DNA of 63,671 nt, counting the filler. It is 3 parts of 3 records of this genome, joined end to end, with 100 filler letters (N's around TTAATTAATTAA, not from the genome) between each part and the next. Parts side by side here need not be neighbours in the genome. Positions count along the whole stretch, not along the records: positions 1 to 25,353 come from SRR31156797_4139; 2 more parts are not named here. One strand, written 5' to 3'. How positions within the stretch are numbered: position 1 is the stretch's first letter; each line of letters begins with the position of its first letter. Shown here piece by piece: positions 1-9,872 of this stretch. Both the position numbers and the translations under genes were made by a program. The notes below the pieces were generated by a model. It was not told where the DNA came from and searched no databases. It was given only the letters and a program-made list of their open reading frames with translations.

Positions 1-744
1 CATCGTAAAAAAACCTTTTCCTTCCCATAGAGCTTTGAAAGCACATTCTACTTCTCCCTTATCATTCATTACTTCCCCTTCAAAAACAGGTGTCTTTCCA
101 TTTTTTAAATTTCCCTCAAAAGCAACTTTAACAGGAATACCATGTACTAAATACCCACCTTCCGGGAAAAAACGTAAGTTGAAATCCGGAACGGACTTTT
201 TCCCTTTTGAGTTAAGCGAGGTTGATTTTCTTGTTTCCTCTTTTTCTGCCGCTTCAGACGGATTATTTTCACCTACAAGAACATTCGACTTATCTTTATT
301 AATGATGGTAATCGGTTTTTTGAAATAAAAATCAGAACCAATATTTCTCATCCAATTGGTATAACCAAGCAATAAATAATTTCCTGTACATAGCGTATCA
401 GCTAAAACAAACTGTCCGGCACCTCTCCCCGTATTTATGTTATATACTTTTTTAAGAACCGTTTCTCCATGTGGACTAAGCAATTCAACATACACAACTC
501 TTTCTGTTGTGTTAAACTGATTAGTTATCACCTCATTTAAGTACATACTAAACCAAACCGTTTCATTGGTAGAATAGATCGGCTTATCCGTATGCAGGTA
601 CAATTTTTCCTGTCGATTTTGCTTATTGTAACTTATGGTTTTGGTAAGGATATCCTTATTTACAGCAGACCAATTGGCAGTTAGGATGATAGTAGAAATA
701 GCAACAAATGCTAATGCAAAGTAATTTAAAAATTTTGTTTTCAT
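1..744 (-). CDS. Large secreted MG2-domain / TonB-plug-associated protein of Bacteroidota, N-terminal part (runs off the window edge; absent from the ORF track)
   Basis: Manual translation from ATG at 744 gives MKTKFLNYFALAFVAIST...QEKLYLHTDKPIYSTNETVWF...FFPEGGYLV. The EKLYLHTDK and FFPEGG motifs are typical of this family, and the frame is consistent to base 1. Confidence 0.75.
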   Translation of the reverse strand, partial: MKTKFLNYFALAFVAISTIILTANWSAVNKDILTKTISYNKQNRQEKLYLHTDKPIYSTNETVWFSMYLNEVITNQFNTTERVVYVELLSPHGETVLKKVYNINTGRGAGQFVLADTLCTGNYLLLGYTNWMRNIGSDFYFKKPITIINKDKSNVLVGENNPSEAAEKEETRKSTSLNSKGKKSVPDFNLRFFPEGGYLVHGIPVKVAFEGNLKNGKTPVFEGEVMNDKGEVECAFKALWEGKGFFTM

Positions 745-930
745 TAAAGAGATTAGTTTGATTGAAACAAGGTAACGAACATAAGAAAAAACAAAAGAAA
801 ACGAAACGAATTTGACTCTTTTTATCCAATCGTCGAATAATAATTCCTTTTTACTATCAACGAAATAAGCTTCCTATCCACAACGTTTTTATATTGCATC
901 AATTTTTTCTTGTGTCTAAATCGGAATAAA

Positions 931-1016
931 TTCTCTGTTCCTATAGGTTTTATTCACTATTTCTTCACTCATTATACTTTAATCAGTGAAGAAACAGTGA
1001 AGGAATAGTGAAGAAG
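931..1016. repeat. 11-bp-period repeat units in inverted arrangement (17-bp inverted repeat 953-969 / 985-1001)
   Basis: TTCACTATTTCTTCACT ... AGTGAAGAAACAGTGAA with 1 mismatch. AGTGAAG units at 985, 996 and 1007; inverse units at 953 and 964, with a degenerate copy at 931. Confidence 0.7.
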
Positions 1017-1098
1017 AAGTGTTCCAATTGTATTAGAATTCCGAAGTTGATATTTCGTATTTATAAAGTCGCCACCATATATAATCCCGATCAATTCT

Positions 1099-1106
1099 TA
1101 TCTTTG
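1099..1106 (+). promoter_or_regulatory. Bacteroidota primary-sigma -7 element of dnaG
   Basis: TATCTTTG matches TAnnTTTG about 30 nt upstream of the ATG. Confidence 0.6.
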
Positions 1107-1135
1107 TCTTTCTTATTTCAAGATGATTCCATTTC

Positions 1136-3100
1136 ATGATAGATCAGGGTACCGTAGATAGAATTGTAGAGACTTCTCAAGCAAATATTATTGATGTTGT
1201 TTCCGAATTTGTTTCCTTAAGGAGGCGAGGCATCAATTATATTGGTAATTGCCCTTTTCATAATGAGAAAACACCATCATTTACGGTGTCTCCACACAAA
1301 GGAATTTATAAATGTTTTGGATGTGGAAAAGGAGGAAATGCTGTTAATTTCTTAATGGATGTAGAGCAAATATCCTTTATTGATGCCATTAAACAACTCG
1401 GCAAAAAATTCCATATTCATGTTGAAGAAGTTGAACTAAGTCCGGAGCAACAACAGGTAAAAAACGACCGCGAAAGTATGATGGCCGTTTCCAGTTTTGC
1501 CCAAAAGTTCTTCACCGATCAGTTACATAAGTCCGACGAAGGAAGGTCTGTTGGTTTATCCTATTTACGTAGCAGGGGCTTTAGAGACGACATTATTCAA
1601 AAATTTGACTTGGGTTATTCGCCTGAAGCCAAATCTGCTTTTACTGATGAAGCCCTAAAAAATAGCTTTAAAGTAGAGTTTCTTGAAAAAACCGGCTTAA
1701 CCATCGTTAGAGACAATTACAAAGCCGATCGTTTTCGGGGAAGGGTTATTTTTCCAATTCACAGTATTTCGGGAAAGCCTACTGCTTTTGGTGGAAGAAT
1801 TCTGAAAACAGATAAAAAAACAGCCAAATATCTCAACTCTCCGGAATCTGAAATTTATCATAAGAGTAAAATCTTGTATGGTATTTTTCAAGCCAAAACG
1901 GAAATTACTCGTCAGGATCGTTGCTACCTCGTTGAAGGTTATACCGATGTTATTTCTTTTCACCAGGCAGGAATTACCAATGTGGTTGCCTCTTCCGGAA
2001 CAGCACTTACCGTAGATCAAATCAGGCTAATCGCTCGTTTTACACCCAACATCACCATAATTTATGATGGTGACCCGGCAGGTATTAAAGCTTCTTTGCG
2101 AGGAATTGATTTGGTACTGGAACAGGGTATGAATGTAAAAGTATTGCTACTGCCCGAAGGAGAAGATCCTGATTCATTCTCAAAAAACAGGAATGCTAAG
2201 GAGCTGCAGGCATACATTGCAGAACACGAAGGTGACTTTATTAAATTTAAAACCGGTCTTCTTTTAAAAGATGCCGAAAATGATCCGGTAAAACGTGCCG
2301 GTTTATTACAGGATATTGTGAAAACCATTTCCATGATTCCGGATAATATCGTGCGTGGAGAATATGTGAAAGAGTGCAGTGCCCTGATGAATGTGAAAGA
2401 ACAGGTGCTGTATAACGAGATTGGTAAAATAACACGAAAAAACCGTCAGGAACAATATAAAAATAATACACCCAGCATACAGCTAAATCCGGTACATCAT
2501 GTGCCTGATGCAGTGAGTCCTGGTTTTGCTTCTTCCAATCCTTATGAGGTGGAAGAAAAAGAGCTCATTCGAAACATCATCAAGTATGGTGACAAAATAA
2601 TGATTGAGCAACATGAGGATGAGGAAGGGCATACTATTGAAGCCATTACGGTTGGCGATTATATCTTGAATCAGATTCAGGAAGATGAACTGGAAAGTGA
2701 GAATCCTTTATTCAATAAAATATTTACACTTTACGAAGAAAATAAAGGAAGAGAAGGATTTGAGGCGATCAAATTTTTTGTGAGCCATATGGATACGGAA
2801 GTCAGTCAATTATCCTCCGATTTATTAAGCCGGGAATATGCTTTAAGTAAAATTCATCAGCGTTTTGGTTCCGGAGATTTGGATGAATCATTAATTTTAG
2901 ACAAACTTATTCCTAAAGTCGTCAACGAGCTTAAATTGAAAAAGGTAAAAATGTTGGTGGAACAGATGCGAAAAGAGTTAAAAGATGCCGAGGCTCAGCA
3001 AAACGAAGCCCGCTTTTTAGAGATTATGCAAACCATGGTTCGTTTGCAGCAGTTGCAAGCATTATTGTCGAAGGAATTAGGAAACCGGACTATTATTTAA
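1136..3100 (+). CDS. dnaG: DNA primase
   Basis: CHC2 zinc finger CPFHNEKTPSF...CFGC, KYLNSPE, Toprim VEGYTDV and YDGDPAG. Confidence 0.98.
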   Translation: MIDQGTVDRIVETSQANIIDVVSEFVSLRRRGINYIGNCPFHNEKTPSFTVSPHKGIYKCFGCGKGGNAVNFLMDVEQISFIDAIKQLGKKFHIHVEEVELSPEQQQVKNDRESMMAVSSFAQKFFTDQLHKSDEGRSVGLSYLRSRGFRDDIIQKFDLGYSPEAKSAFTDEALKNSFKVEFLEKTGLTIVRDNYKADRFRGRVIFPIHSISGKPTAFGGRILKTDKKTAKYLNSPESEIYHKSKILYGIFQAKTEITRQDRCYLVEGYTDVISFHQAGITNVVASSGTALTVDQIRLIARFTPNITIIYDGDPAGIKASLRGIDLVLEQGMNVKVLLLPEGEDPDSFSKNRNAKELQAYIAEHEGDFIKFKTGLLLKDAENDPVKRAGLLQDIVKTISMIPDNIVRGEYVKECSALMNVKEQVLYNEIGKITRKNRQEQYKNNTPSIQLNPVHHVPDAVSPGFASSNPYEVEEKELIRNIIKYGDKIMIEQHEDEEGHTIEAITVGDYILNQIQEDELESENPLFNKIFTLYEENKGREGFEAIKFFVSHMDTEVSQLSSDLLSREYALSKIHQRFGSGDLDESLILDKLIPKVVNELKLKKVKMLVEQMRKELKDAEAQQNEARFLEIMQTMVRLQQLQALLSKELGNRTII

Positions 3101-3199
3101 ATAAGAAAAACATATAAAATTGATTAAGCTAATTACTTATTTTGAAGATGATTAATTTTATTTGTGAGTTCCATGTAGTAATAAAGAGCAAAATTAAAT

Positions 3200-3703
3200 A
3201 TGAAAACTGTACAACATTTAGATCAGGAAAGAATTGAAACCATCATTAAAAAATGTGATGTTTGTTTTGTAGGCGTAGTGGACGGTGATGTTCCTTATGT
3301 GCTACCCATGAACTTTGGTTACAAGGATAATGTCATTTATCTTCACTCTGCACCAGATGGTAGAATCATTGATATTCTGAATAAAAACAAAAATATCTGC
3401 GTGACTTTTAGTACTGATCACGAATTGGCATTTCAACATCCGGAGGTAGCCTGTAGTTATCGTATGAAATCCAAGAGTGTCGTAGCTTGGGGAAAAGTGA
3501 TTTTTCAGGAGGATTTCGCTAAAAAAGAAGAGGCATTGAATATAATAATGGAGCAATATTCCGAGAAAAAATTTAAGTATTCGGGACCAGCGATTCGCAA
3601 TGTAAAAATTTGGGAGATTCCTATTGATAAGGTAACATGCAAAGAATTTGGTGCTCCACACGAAAAATATAAAAACGACGATTCTGTAAAAAGAACCTTC
3701 TAA
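3200..3703 (+). CDS. Pyridoxamine 5'-phosphate oxidase-like flavin-binding protein (NimA-like)
   Basis: PYVLPMNFGY...IYLHSA..G..I pattern and SVVAWG; 167 aa. Confidence 0.85.
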   Translation: MKTVQHLDQERIETIIKKCDVCFVGVVDGDVPYVLPMNFGYKDNVIYLHSAPDGRIIDILNKNKNICVTFSTDHELAFQHPEVACSYRMKSKSVVAWGKVIFQEDFAKKEEALNIIMEQYSEKKFKYSGPAIRNVKIWEIPIDKVTCKEFGAPHEKYKNDDSVKRTF

Positions 3704-3729
3704 TACATCTTTATTAAAACCCAAATAAC

Positions 3730-4962
3730 ATGGTTCTAAACTACATTTGGATTGCCTTTTTTTTAATTGCCTTTGTAGTCGGATTAATACGACTAATCTT
3801 CTTTGGAGATTTAGAAATTTTTCCTGAATTAATGCAGTCAACGTTTGAAAATGCTAAAACAGGCTTTAGTACTTCTATAGGTTTGACAGGCGTACTAACT
3901 TTATGGCTTGGTTTAATGAAAATAGGAGAAAAGGGCGGTATTGTAAGAGCCTTATCCATATTAATAGGCCCATTATTTAATCGCCTGTTTCCTACATTAC
4001 CCAAAAATCATCCAGTATTTGGTACTATAATGATGAATTTATCTGCCAATATGTTAGGACTGGACAATGCAGCTACTCCCATGGGGTTAAAAGCCATGGA
4101 GCAATTGCAAAAGGAAAATAGAAAAAAAGAAAGTGCCAGTAATGCACAAATCATGTTTTTGGTGTTAAATACTTCTGGATTAACTTTAATTCCTATTAGT
4201 ATAATAACTTTTAGAGTACAAGCAGGAGCTGTCAATCCTTCAGATATTTTTATACCTATATTGTTAGCAACCTTTTTCTCAACTTTAACAGGTATTATCT
4301 CGGTTTCTATTGTCCAAAAAATAAACTTATTTAATAAGGTAATTTTAGGATATTTAGGAAGTATGACTGCGATTGTAGTTGGATTAATTTATTATTTATC
4401 AACATTACCAAAAGAGCAAGTTCAAAATATTTCTTTAGTTTCTTCAAATGTTATCCTTTTTTCAATTATTGTGATTTTCATCGCTTCTGCATTAAGAAAA
4501 AAGGTAAATGTTTATGAGACTTTTATTGAAGGTGCAAAAGAAGGATTTAATATTGCTATCAAAATCATTCCATATCTAGTTGCTATTTTAGTTGCAATAG
4601 GTCTATTCAGAACTTCCGGTGCCATGAATTATTTAACAGATGGCATTAAAGAAATCTGCATTTTCTTTGGCGTTGACACCCGTTTTGTAGATGCACTTCC
4701 TACTGCATTTATGAAGCCATTAAGCGGAAGCGGAGCACGAGGCATGATGGTGGAATCTTTCGAAACTTTTGGTGTTGATTCATTTGCTGCTAAAATTGCC
4801 TCCACCGTTCAAGGGGCTACAGATACAACATTTTATATTATAGCTGTTTATTTTGGTTCTGTTGGAATTAAAAACACACGCCATGCCATTGGTTGTGGTT
4901 TAATTGCTGACCTGGCCGGGATTATTGCATCAATTATAATTGGATACCTGTTTTTTGGATAA
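3730..4962 (+). CDS. Fused SpmA/SpmB nucleoside-recognition (Gate) domain membrane protein
   Basis: ANMLGLDNAATPMGLKAM, KPLSGSGARG, DTTFYIIAVYFGSVGI. Confidence 0.9.
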   Translation: MVLNYIWIAFFLIAFVVGLIRLIFFGDLEIFPELMQSTFENAKTGFSTSIGLTGVLTLWLGLMKIGEKGGIVRALSILIGPLFNRLFPTLPKNHPVFGTIMMNLSANMLGLDNAATPMGLKAMEQLQKENRKKESASNAQIMFLVLNTSGLTLIPISIITFRVQAGAVNPSDIFIPILLATFFSTLTGIISVSIVQKINLFNKVILGYLGSMTAIVVGLIYYLSTLPKEQVQNISLVSSNVILFSIIVIFIASALRKKVNVYETFIEGAKEGFNIAIKIIPYLVAILVAIGLFRTSGAMNYLTDGIKEICIFFGVDTRFVDALPTAFMKPLSGSGARGMMVESFETFGVDSFAAKIASTVQGATDTTFYIIAVYFGSVGIKNTRHAIGCGLIADLAGIIASIIIGYLFFG

Positions 4963-4978
4963 AATTTAACCACAAGCT

Positions 4979-5959
4979 ATGCGATACTCCTTTACTATAT
5001 TTTTTGTTTTTATCTTGATAAGCCCAACGGTATTAGCACAGAATGGAAGTACGGATGACGACAGGTATTCGTCATTAGCTTTTAGTTTAGATTACACATC
5101 TGATAACAGTATCAACGGAAGAACGAGTATTTTCGGCAGTCAACCCAACCTGAGTTCAGTAACCAGTTATTATTTTCCATGGGGATTAGATGTTTCTTTG
5201 ATGTGCACAAACATTTGGAATGCTGATGAAAACGGCTCTAAATCTGCACAGGAATTAGGATTATCATTAGGATACTCCTACGACTTTAACGATTGGCTTA
5301 GTGCCTATACATCTTACAGTCATTTTTCATACAGTAAAAATTCCAATGCCTTAAATTCAGTTTACGAACATGCTTATTCTGCAGGTATTTCTTCTGAACT
5401 CAAATGGTGGACGGCTGATATCACGGGAGGTTATTATACAGGAACAACGAACGAATTATTTCTTTCTTTAGAAACAGGCATTTCTATTGATTTTGATAAT
5501 GTATTTTACAAAGGCAATATGCTTAACTTTGAACCAAGCATATCTGCGTATCTGGGCAATATTAGTTACTACAATACCGAAGCATATAGTAACTATTTAT
5601 TTCTATATAATTACGCCAAGGATTTTCCAAACATAACAGTAGATGAGTTTATTGAGAATATCAAAAACCCTGAAACCAACCGCGATAGAATATTACGAAA
5701 TCGTTTATTAGAAAGACCTCAGAAACTAAAAATGCTGAGTGAACTACCCGGTGATTTAGTTATTTGGGACTTATTTAAGGAGCAGAATGAATTCAATTTC
5801 AACACCATCGGTTTTACTTTTCCTGTTTATTATTACTGGAACGATTTTATGCTGAACATATCTTATTCTGCTTTTAAACCTATCAATCAACCATCCTATA
5901 TAGAAGAAGAGTGGAATAGCTATATCAATATAGGTGTAACTTATATGATAAGTTGGTAA
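4979..5959 (+). CDS. Hypothetical outer-membrane beta-barrel-like protein
   Basis: Signal peptide, alternating aromatic beta-strand pattern, terminal aromatic residue (YMISW). Confidence 0.6.
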   Translation: MRYSFTIFFVFILISPTVLAQNGSTDDDRYSSLAFSLDYTSDNSINGRTSIFGSQPNLSSVTSYYFPWGLDVSLMCTNIWNADENGSKSAQELGLSLGYSYDFNDWLSAYTSYSHFSYSKNSNALNSVYEHAYSAGISSELKWWTADITGGYYTGTTNELFLSLETGISIDFDNVFYKGNMLNFEPSISAYLGNISYYNTEAYSNYLFLYNYAKDFPNITVDEFIENIKNPETNRDRILRNRLLERPQKLKMLSELPGDLVIWDLFKEQNEFNFNTIGFTFPVYYYWNDFMLNISYSAFKPINQPSYIEEEWNSYINIGVTYMISW

Positions 5960-5963
5960 CAGA

Positions 5964-6197
5964 TTAATCCAAACTATTATTAAACTCATCAATTAAAACC
6001 TGCGCTTTTTCTTTATCCTCTTCTAAAATTTCAACTTCAACAGGCTCAAAACCACCGGGAGTAACATGCCATGGTGCAATCGCGCCCATATATTGATTTT
6101 TTAAACTGGCTTTTATACCGTTGTCATTAAGCATTTCGGTTACCAATTCTGAATTCATCGGATTCCCTTTATAGATAACGATTAATTTTGATTCCAT
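5964..6197 (-). CDS. DUF2007-family small protein
   Basis: ELVTEMLNDNGI...VEVEILEEDKEKAQVLI pattern; 77 aa. Confidence 0.75.
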   Translation of the reverse strand: MESKLIVIYKGNPMNSELVTEMLNDNGIKASLKNQYMGAIAPWHVTPGGFEPVEVEILEEDKEKAQVLIDEFNNSLD

Positions 6198-6201
6198 CAG
6201 A

Positions 6202-6588
6202 TTAAACCTTTAAGATTACCTGTTCTAACTTATTTGTAATTTCCATAGCTATCTCTCCCAATTGTTCATTACTAACAGCCTGCATGGAAGCCAATGGGTT
6301 TATGGCTGCGATTTCCACTTGGCCTTCGGACACTTCCTGAACAATAATATTACAAGGTAACATAGTGCCAATTTTATCTTCAGCACTTAAGGATTTGTAG
6401 GCATATGGAGGATTACAGGCGCCTAAAATTCGATACTTCTTAAAATCAACATCTAACTTTTTCTTTAAGGTAGCAGTAACATCAATTTCAGTCAGAACAC
6501 CAAAACCTTCTTTTTGTAACTCCTGAGTTACCTTTTCGATGGCCTCTTCAAACGAGTAAGCGGTGGTTTTGTTAAAATAGTAATTCAT
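6202..6588 (-). CDS. DUF302-family protein
   Basis: GFGVLTEID...YRILGACNP...GTMLPCN. Confidence 0.92.
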   Translation of the reverse strand: MNYYFNKTTAYSFEEAIEKVTQELQKEGFGVLTEIDVTATLKKKLDVDFKKYRILGACNPPYAYKSLSAEDKIGTMLPCNIIVQEVSEGQVEIAAINPLASMQAVSNEQLGEIAMEITNKLEQVILKV

Positions 6589-6703
6589 TTTTCTACAATT
6601 AGGTTATTCTTATTAAATATACCTAAAAGAGAGTTAAATAGCCTTACAAAAAGAAATAATTTAAACCTTAAAAATGAATTTGTAGAAAAAGGCGCAAACT
6701 GTA

Positions 6704-7411
6704 TCAATTACAAAATTCCATCATATAAAAGTCAGCATCCTCATCACCTAATTCTGATGCTTTGCTTAAATCATCACAGGCCGCTTCCTTACTATCTAAA
6801 TTAAAATGAGCAATAGCGCGGTTAAAATAAAAATCAGCTATATCATTTTGTAATTCTATCGCAGTAGTATAATCCAGCACCGCATTCACAAAGTCACCAA
6901 GTTGAAAATATGTATTGGCTCTATCGTAGTATGCAAAACTATATTCAGGATTAATTTTTAATCCGCGACTAAAATCCTCAATCGCCTTCTCATATTCTTG
7001 TAATTGACAATAGGCACTCGCTCTGTCAAAAAAAGCATCGTAGTATTGATTATCAACTCCAATTAAACGATCAAATATTTTAATGGCTTCTTGAAAATCG
7101 TTTTGCTCATAATAAGCATTCGCCATATTATATAATGCATCCTTATAGTTAGAATCGAATTGAACACATTGCTTGTAGTTTTGAATAGCATATTTAAGAT
7201 TTCCTTTATCAAAATAGGCATTCGCCAGATAAAAATATAAGTTAGCATCTTCTGGCTGTTGGTTAACTGCGTTCTTAAATGATACAATGGCCTTATCATA
7301 CTCCTGGTTATCCAGATAAGTATTACCTTCCTTTACCAATTCTGATACTTGTCCGTTTAAAGCAATTTGAATGGCAAGAAATAAGGATAGAATAGATATG
7401 ATTTTATACAT
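6704..7411 (-). CDS. Secreted tetratricopeptide-repeat protein
   Basis: Signal peptide, about 6 TPR units, C-terminal ACDDLSKASELG. Confidence 0.9.
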   Translation of the reverse strand: MYKIISILSLFLAIQIALNGQVSELVKEGNTYLDNQEYDKAIVSFKNAVNQQPEDANLYFYLANAYFDKGNLKYAIQNYKQCVQFDSNYKDALYNMANAYYEQNDFQEAIKIFDRLIGVDNQYYDAFFDRASAYCQLQEYEKAIEDFSRGLKINPEYSFAYYDRANTYFQLGDFVNAVLDYTTAIELQNDIADFYFNRAIAHFNLDSKEAACDDLSKASELGDEDADFYMMEFCN

Positions 7412-7451
7412 AAAGCTTTCAATATTAAATTATAGCACAATAGAAGTTTCG

Positions 7452-7817
7452 TTATCGCCTGATATTCTTTCTTATCTTACGATTTCTTTTCAGCCTCTGC
7501 ATTTTCTTTTTTTGTGCCAAACGTTTCTTTTCTATTGCTTTAGCTTTTGCAGCTCTTCCTTTTTGCTTTAATTGAGCATTCGCTTTGTTTTCTTTTTGCT
7601 TTAGGTTTGATTCTCCCATTTTCATTTTCATTAAACGCATATCTCTTCGTTGATGAAAATTATCTCTTTTTACAAAGGCTTTTTCCCTGCTATTGGTACG
7701 AATAGCTATTTGCGTTGGATTTTCTACCTTTTTCTTCTGCTGAGTTTCCTGCGCATGTACAACCACCCCAATAAAAAAGAAACAAACTAATATTATAAAA
7801 CTCTTCACGCTGTTCAT
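7452..7817 (-). CDS. Hypothetical secreted, very basic (K/R/Q-rich) protein
   Basis: Signal peptide (VVVHA-QE) and an upstream TACATTTG promoter element at 7856-7863. Confidence 0.6.
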   Translation of the reverse strand: MNSVKSFIILVCFFFIGVVVHAQETQQKKKVENPTQIAIRTNSREKAFVKRDNFHQRRDMRLMKMKMGESNLKQKENKANAQLKQKGRAAKAKAIEKKRLAQKKKMQRLKRNRKIRKNIRR

Positions 7818-8159
7818 TTTTTCACCTCATTAATTAGTACTCGGTACTTGGATAACAAATGTAAGAAAAGGTTTAATACCCATCAGAAATTTTAAGGATC
7901 TACCTCGAAAAACCTTTTAACTTTTCCCTAAGATTTATTGTAAAAGATGTTAATGTTCAATTTCAAACCAATTCACAACAGTCATTTTCTCTTAAAACTC
8001 ATTTACAAGCACATAAAAGCAACAAAAACACAAAATATTTGCAACTGGTCGAAAATAATTTGTTAAATGTTTGTTAAAAAATAAAAATAAACTCTATATT
8101 AGTGCTCGGAAAAATTAATACCCTTTTCCCTTAAATCAGATAAAAAAAATCCGGAAAAG

Positions 8160-8189
8160 AAAAGACCTGCTGCCCTCAGGTCTTTTTTT
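8160..8189 (+). terminator. Intrinsic terminator-like hairpin
   Basis: AAAAGACCTG-ctgccct-CAGGTCTTTTTTT. Confidence 0.7.
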
Positions 8190-8194
8190 GTGCC

Positions 8195-8233
8195 CAAAAA
8201 TAAAGGGCAACTTTCCTATTGAAAATTGCCCTT
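8195..8233 (-). terminator. Probable terminator of the Crp/Fnr gene
   Basis: Minus strand AAGGGCAATTTTC-aatag-GAAAGTTGCCCTT followed by TATTTTT, just past the stop codon. Confidence 0.65.
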
Positions 8234-8259
8234 CGTGGTGAATTAATCACATATTTTTA

Positions 8260-8967
8260 TTAAACGTAAACGTTACCTATTTTAATTAGTTTTGGAATAT
8301 TTAGCAGTTTAATTTTTCTTCCGTTTAGCTCTATTAATTTATCCGCTTTAAATTCTGAAAGTAATCGAATGACAGACTCTGTAGCGGTACCTACCATATT
8401 TGCAAGCTCTTCTCTGGTTAACGAAATTTGAAGTGTATGATCCTGATCTAATTCGAAAGTATCCATCAATAACAATAACACTTCTGCTAATCTTTCTCTT
8501 ACCGTTTTTTGTGCAATATCTGTTAAGAACTTATTGGATTCACCTAACTCCTTACAGGTTAACTTCATCAATCCCATTGAAAAAGTTGGATTTTCTTTCA
8601 ATAATTTTGATAAGATATCTCCCGGAAAATAACAAAGAACAGTCTCCTGAATTACTTTGGTGGTACTACAAGCTAACTCATCACTAATTACAGATCTAAA
8701 ACCTATTAAATCCCCGGCTTTAGCAAATCGAATAATCTGCTCCTTCCCGTCAAATCCTGTTTTAAATATTTTCAGTATGCCATCTACTACCAAAAAAGTT
8801 CCATTAATTCTACTCCCCTCATGATAAATTGTACTTCCCCTTTTATGCAATGTAGCAGTCATGGATTGGTTCACTTCATCAACCTCCTCATTCGTTAAAC
8901 CTTTAAATATTTCAAAAGCACGAAGATCAACCGGCTCGTTATATGAAACACTTTGAACGTTCTTCAT
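8260..8967 (-). CDS. Crp/Fnr-family transcriptional regulator
   Basis: cNMP-binding-type domain plus HTH LTREELANMVGTATESVIRLLSEF. Confidence 0.95.
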   Translation of the reverse strand: MKNVQSVSYNEPVDLRAFEIFKGLTNEEVDEVNQSMTATLHKRGSTIYHEGSRINGTFLVVDGILKIFKTGFDGKEQIIRFAKAGDLIGFRSVISDELACSTTKVIQETVLCYFPGDILSKLLKENPTFSMGLMKLTCKELGESNKFLTDIAQKTVRERLAEVLLLLMDTFELDQDHTLQISLTREELANMVGTATESVIRLLSEFKADKLIELNGRKIKLLNIPKLIKIGNVYV

Positions 8968-9286
8968 TCCTTACTCTATTAAATTTATCCTGTAAAAATA
9001 GTGTTATTTCAATATAAATCCATCGTTTTCTTAAAATGTATAAAACATTAAGATACGATTATAGTTAATTAATAAATTTTAGTTGCTAAATTAACTCTGC
9101 AAAGATAGAAATTAAGCTTCAATTGTTTGAGATTTTGATTCAACCATAATAATAAAACCAAACATTGTTTCACCTTAAGGTTTGGAGTTTAAAATACGTA
9201 GGAATTAGTAATTTGTTGTAATAAATCATCTATTACCCTATATTTTTTGCATAAATTAATCATTTATAACCAAAATATAAAAACTC

Positions 9287-9700
9287 ATGAAAACTTCAAT
9301 TGATTTAAAATGGCTGGAAAATATGACTTTTGAGTCAGAAGTTAACGGACATAAAATTAAGGTAGATGCTGGAGAAGAGAGTGGTGGAAATAATGCCGGA
9401 GCAAGACCAAAACCATTAATGTTAGTGGCACTTGCCGGATGTACAGGTATGGATGTGATTTCTATTCTTAAGAAAATGCGCGTAAATATTGATGATTTAA
9501 CCATCTCTGTAGAAGCCAATATGAGAGAAGAACATCCCAAATATTACGATACAATGAAAGTCATTTATCATTTTAAAGGTACCGATTTACCAATGGACAA
9601 ACTCCAACGTGCCGTTCAATTATCTGAAGAACAATATTGCGGTGTTTCTGCCTTATATAAATTGGCCATTCCGGTATCTTTTGAGATAAAAGTAAATTAA
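9287..9700 (+). CDS. OsmC/YhfA-family protein
   Basis: G.RPKPLMLVALAGCTGMDV...SEEQYCGV. Confidence 0.92.
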   Translation: MKTSIDLKWLENMTFESEVNGHKIKVDAGEESGGNNAGARPKPLMLVALAGCTGMDVISILKKMRVNIDDLTISVEANMREEHPKYYDTMKVIYHFKGTDLPMDKLQRAVQLSEEQYCGVSALYKLAIPVSFEIKVN

Positions 9701-9710
9701 TTCAACATAT

Positions 9711-9740
9711 AGCACAAAGGATTAGATTCCTTTGTGCTTA
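9711..9740. terminator. Hairpin between convergent genes
   Basis: AGCACAAAGGA-ttagat-TCCTTTGTGCT. Confidence 0.65.
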
Positions 9741-9872
9741 TTCAATCAATATCTTCAACATCCTAATTGATAGATTATATGACATTAGCAGATTTAGAAA
9801 CCAAAGAGGTAATTATATAATGAGCGTCATGTAAACAAATCACATGTCTTTTGTCCATAGTCCAATGATCCG

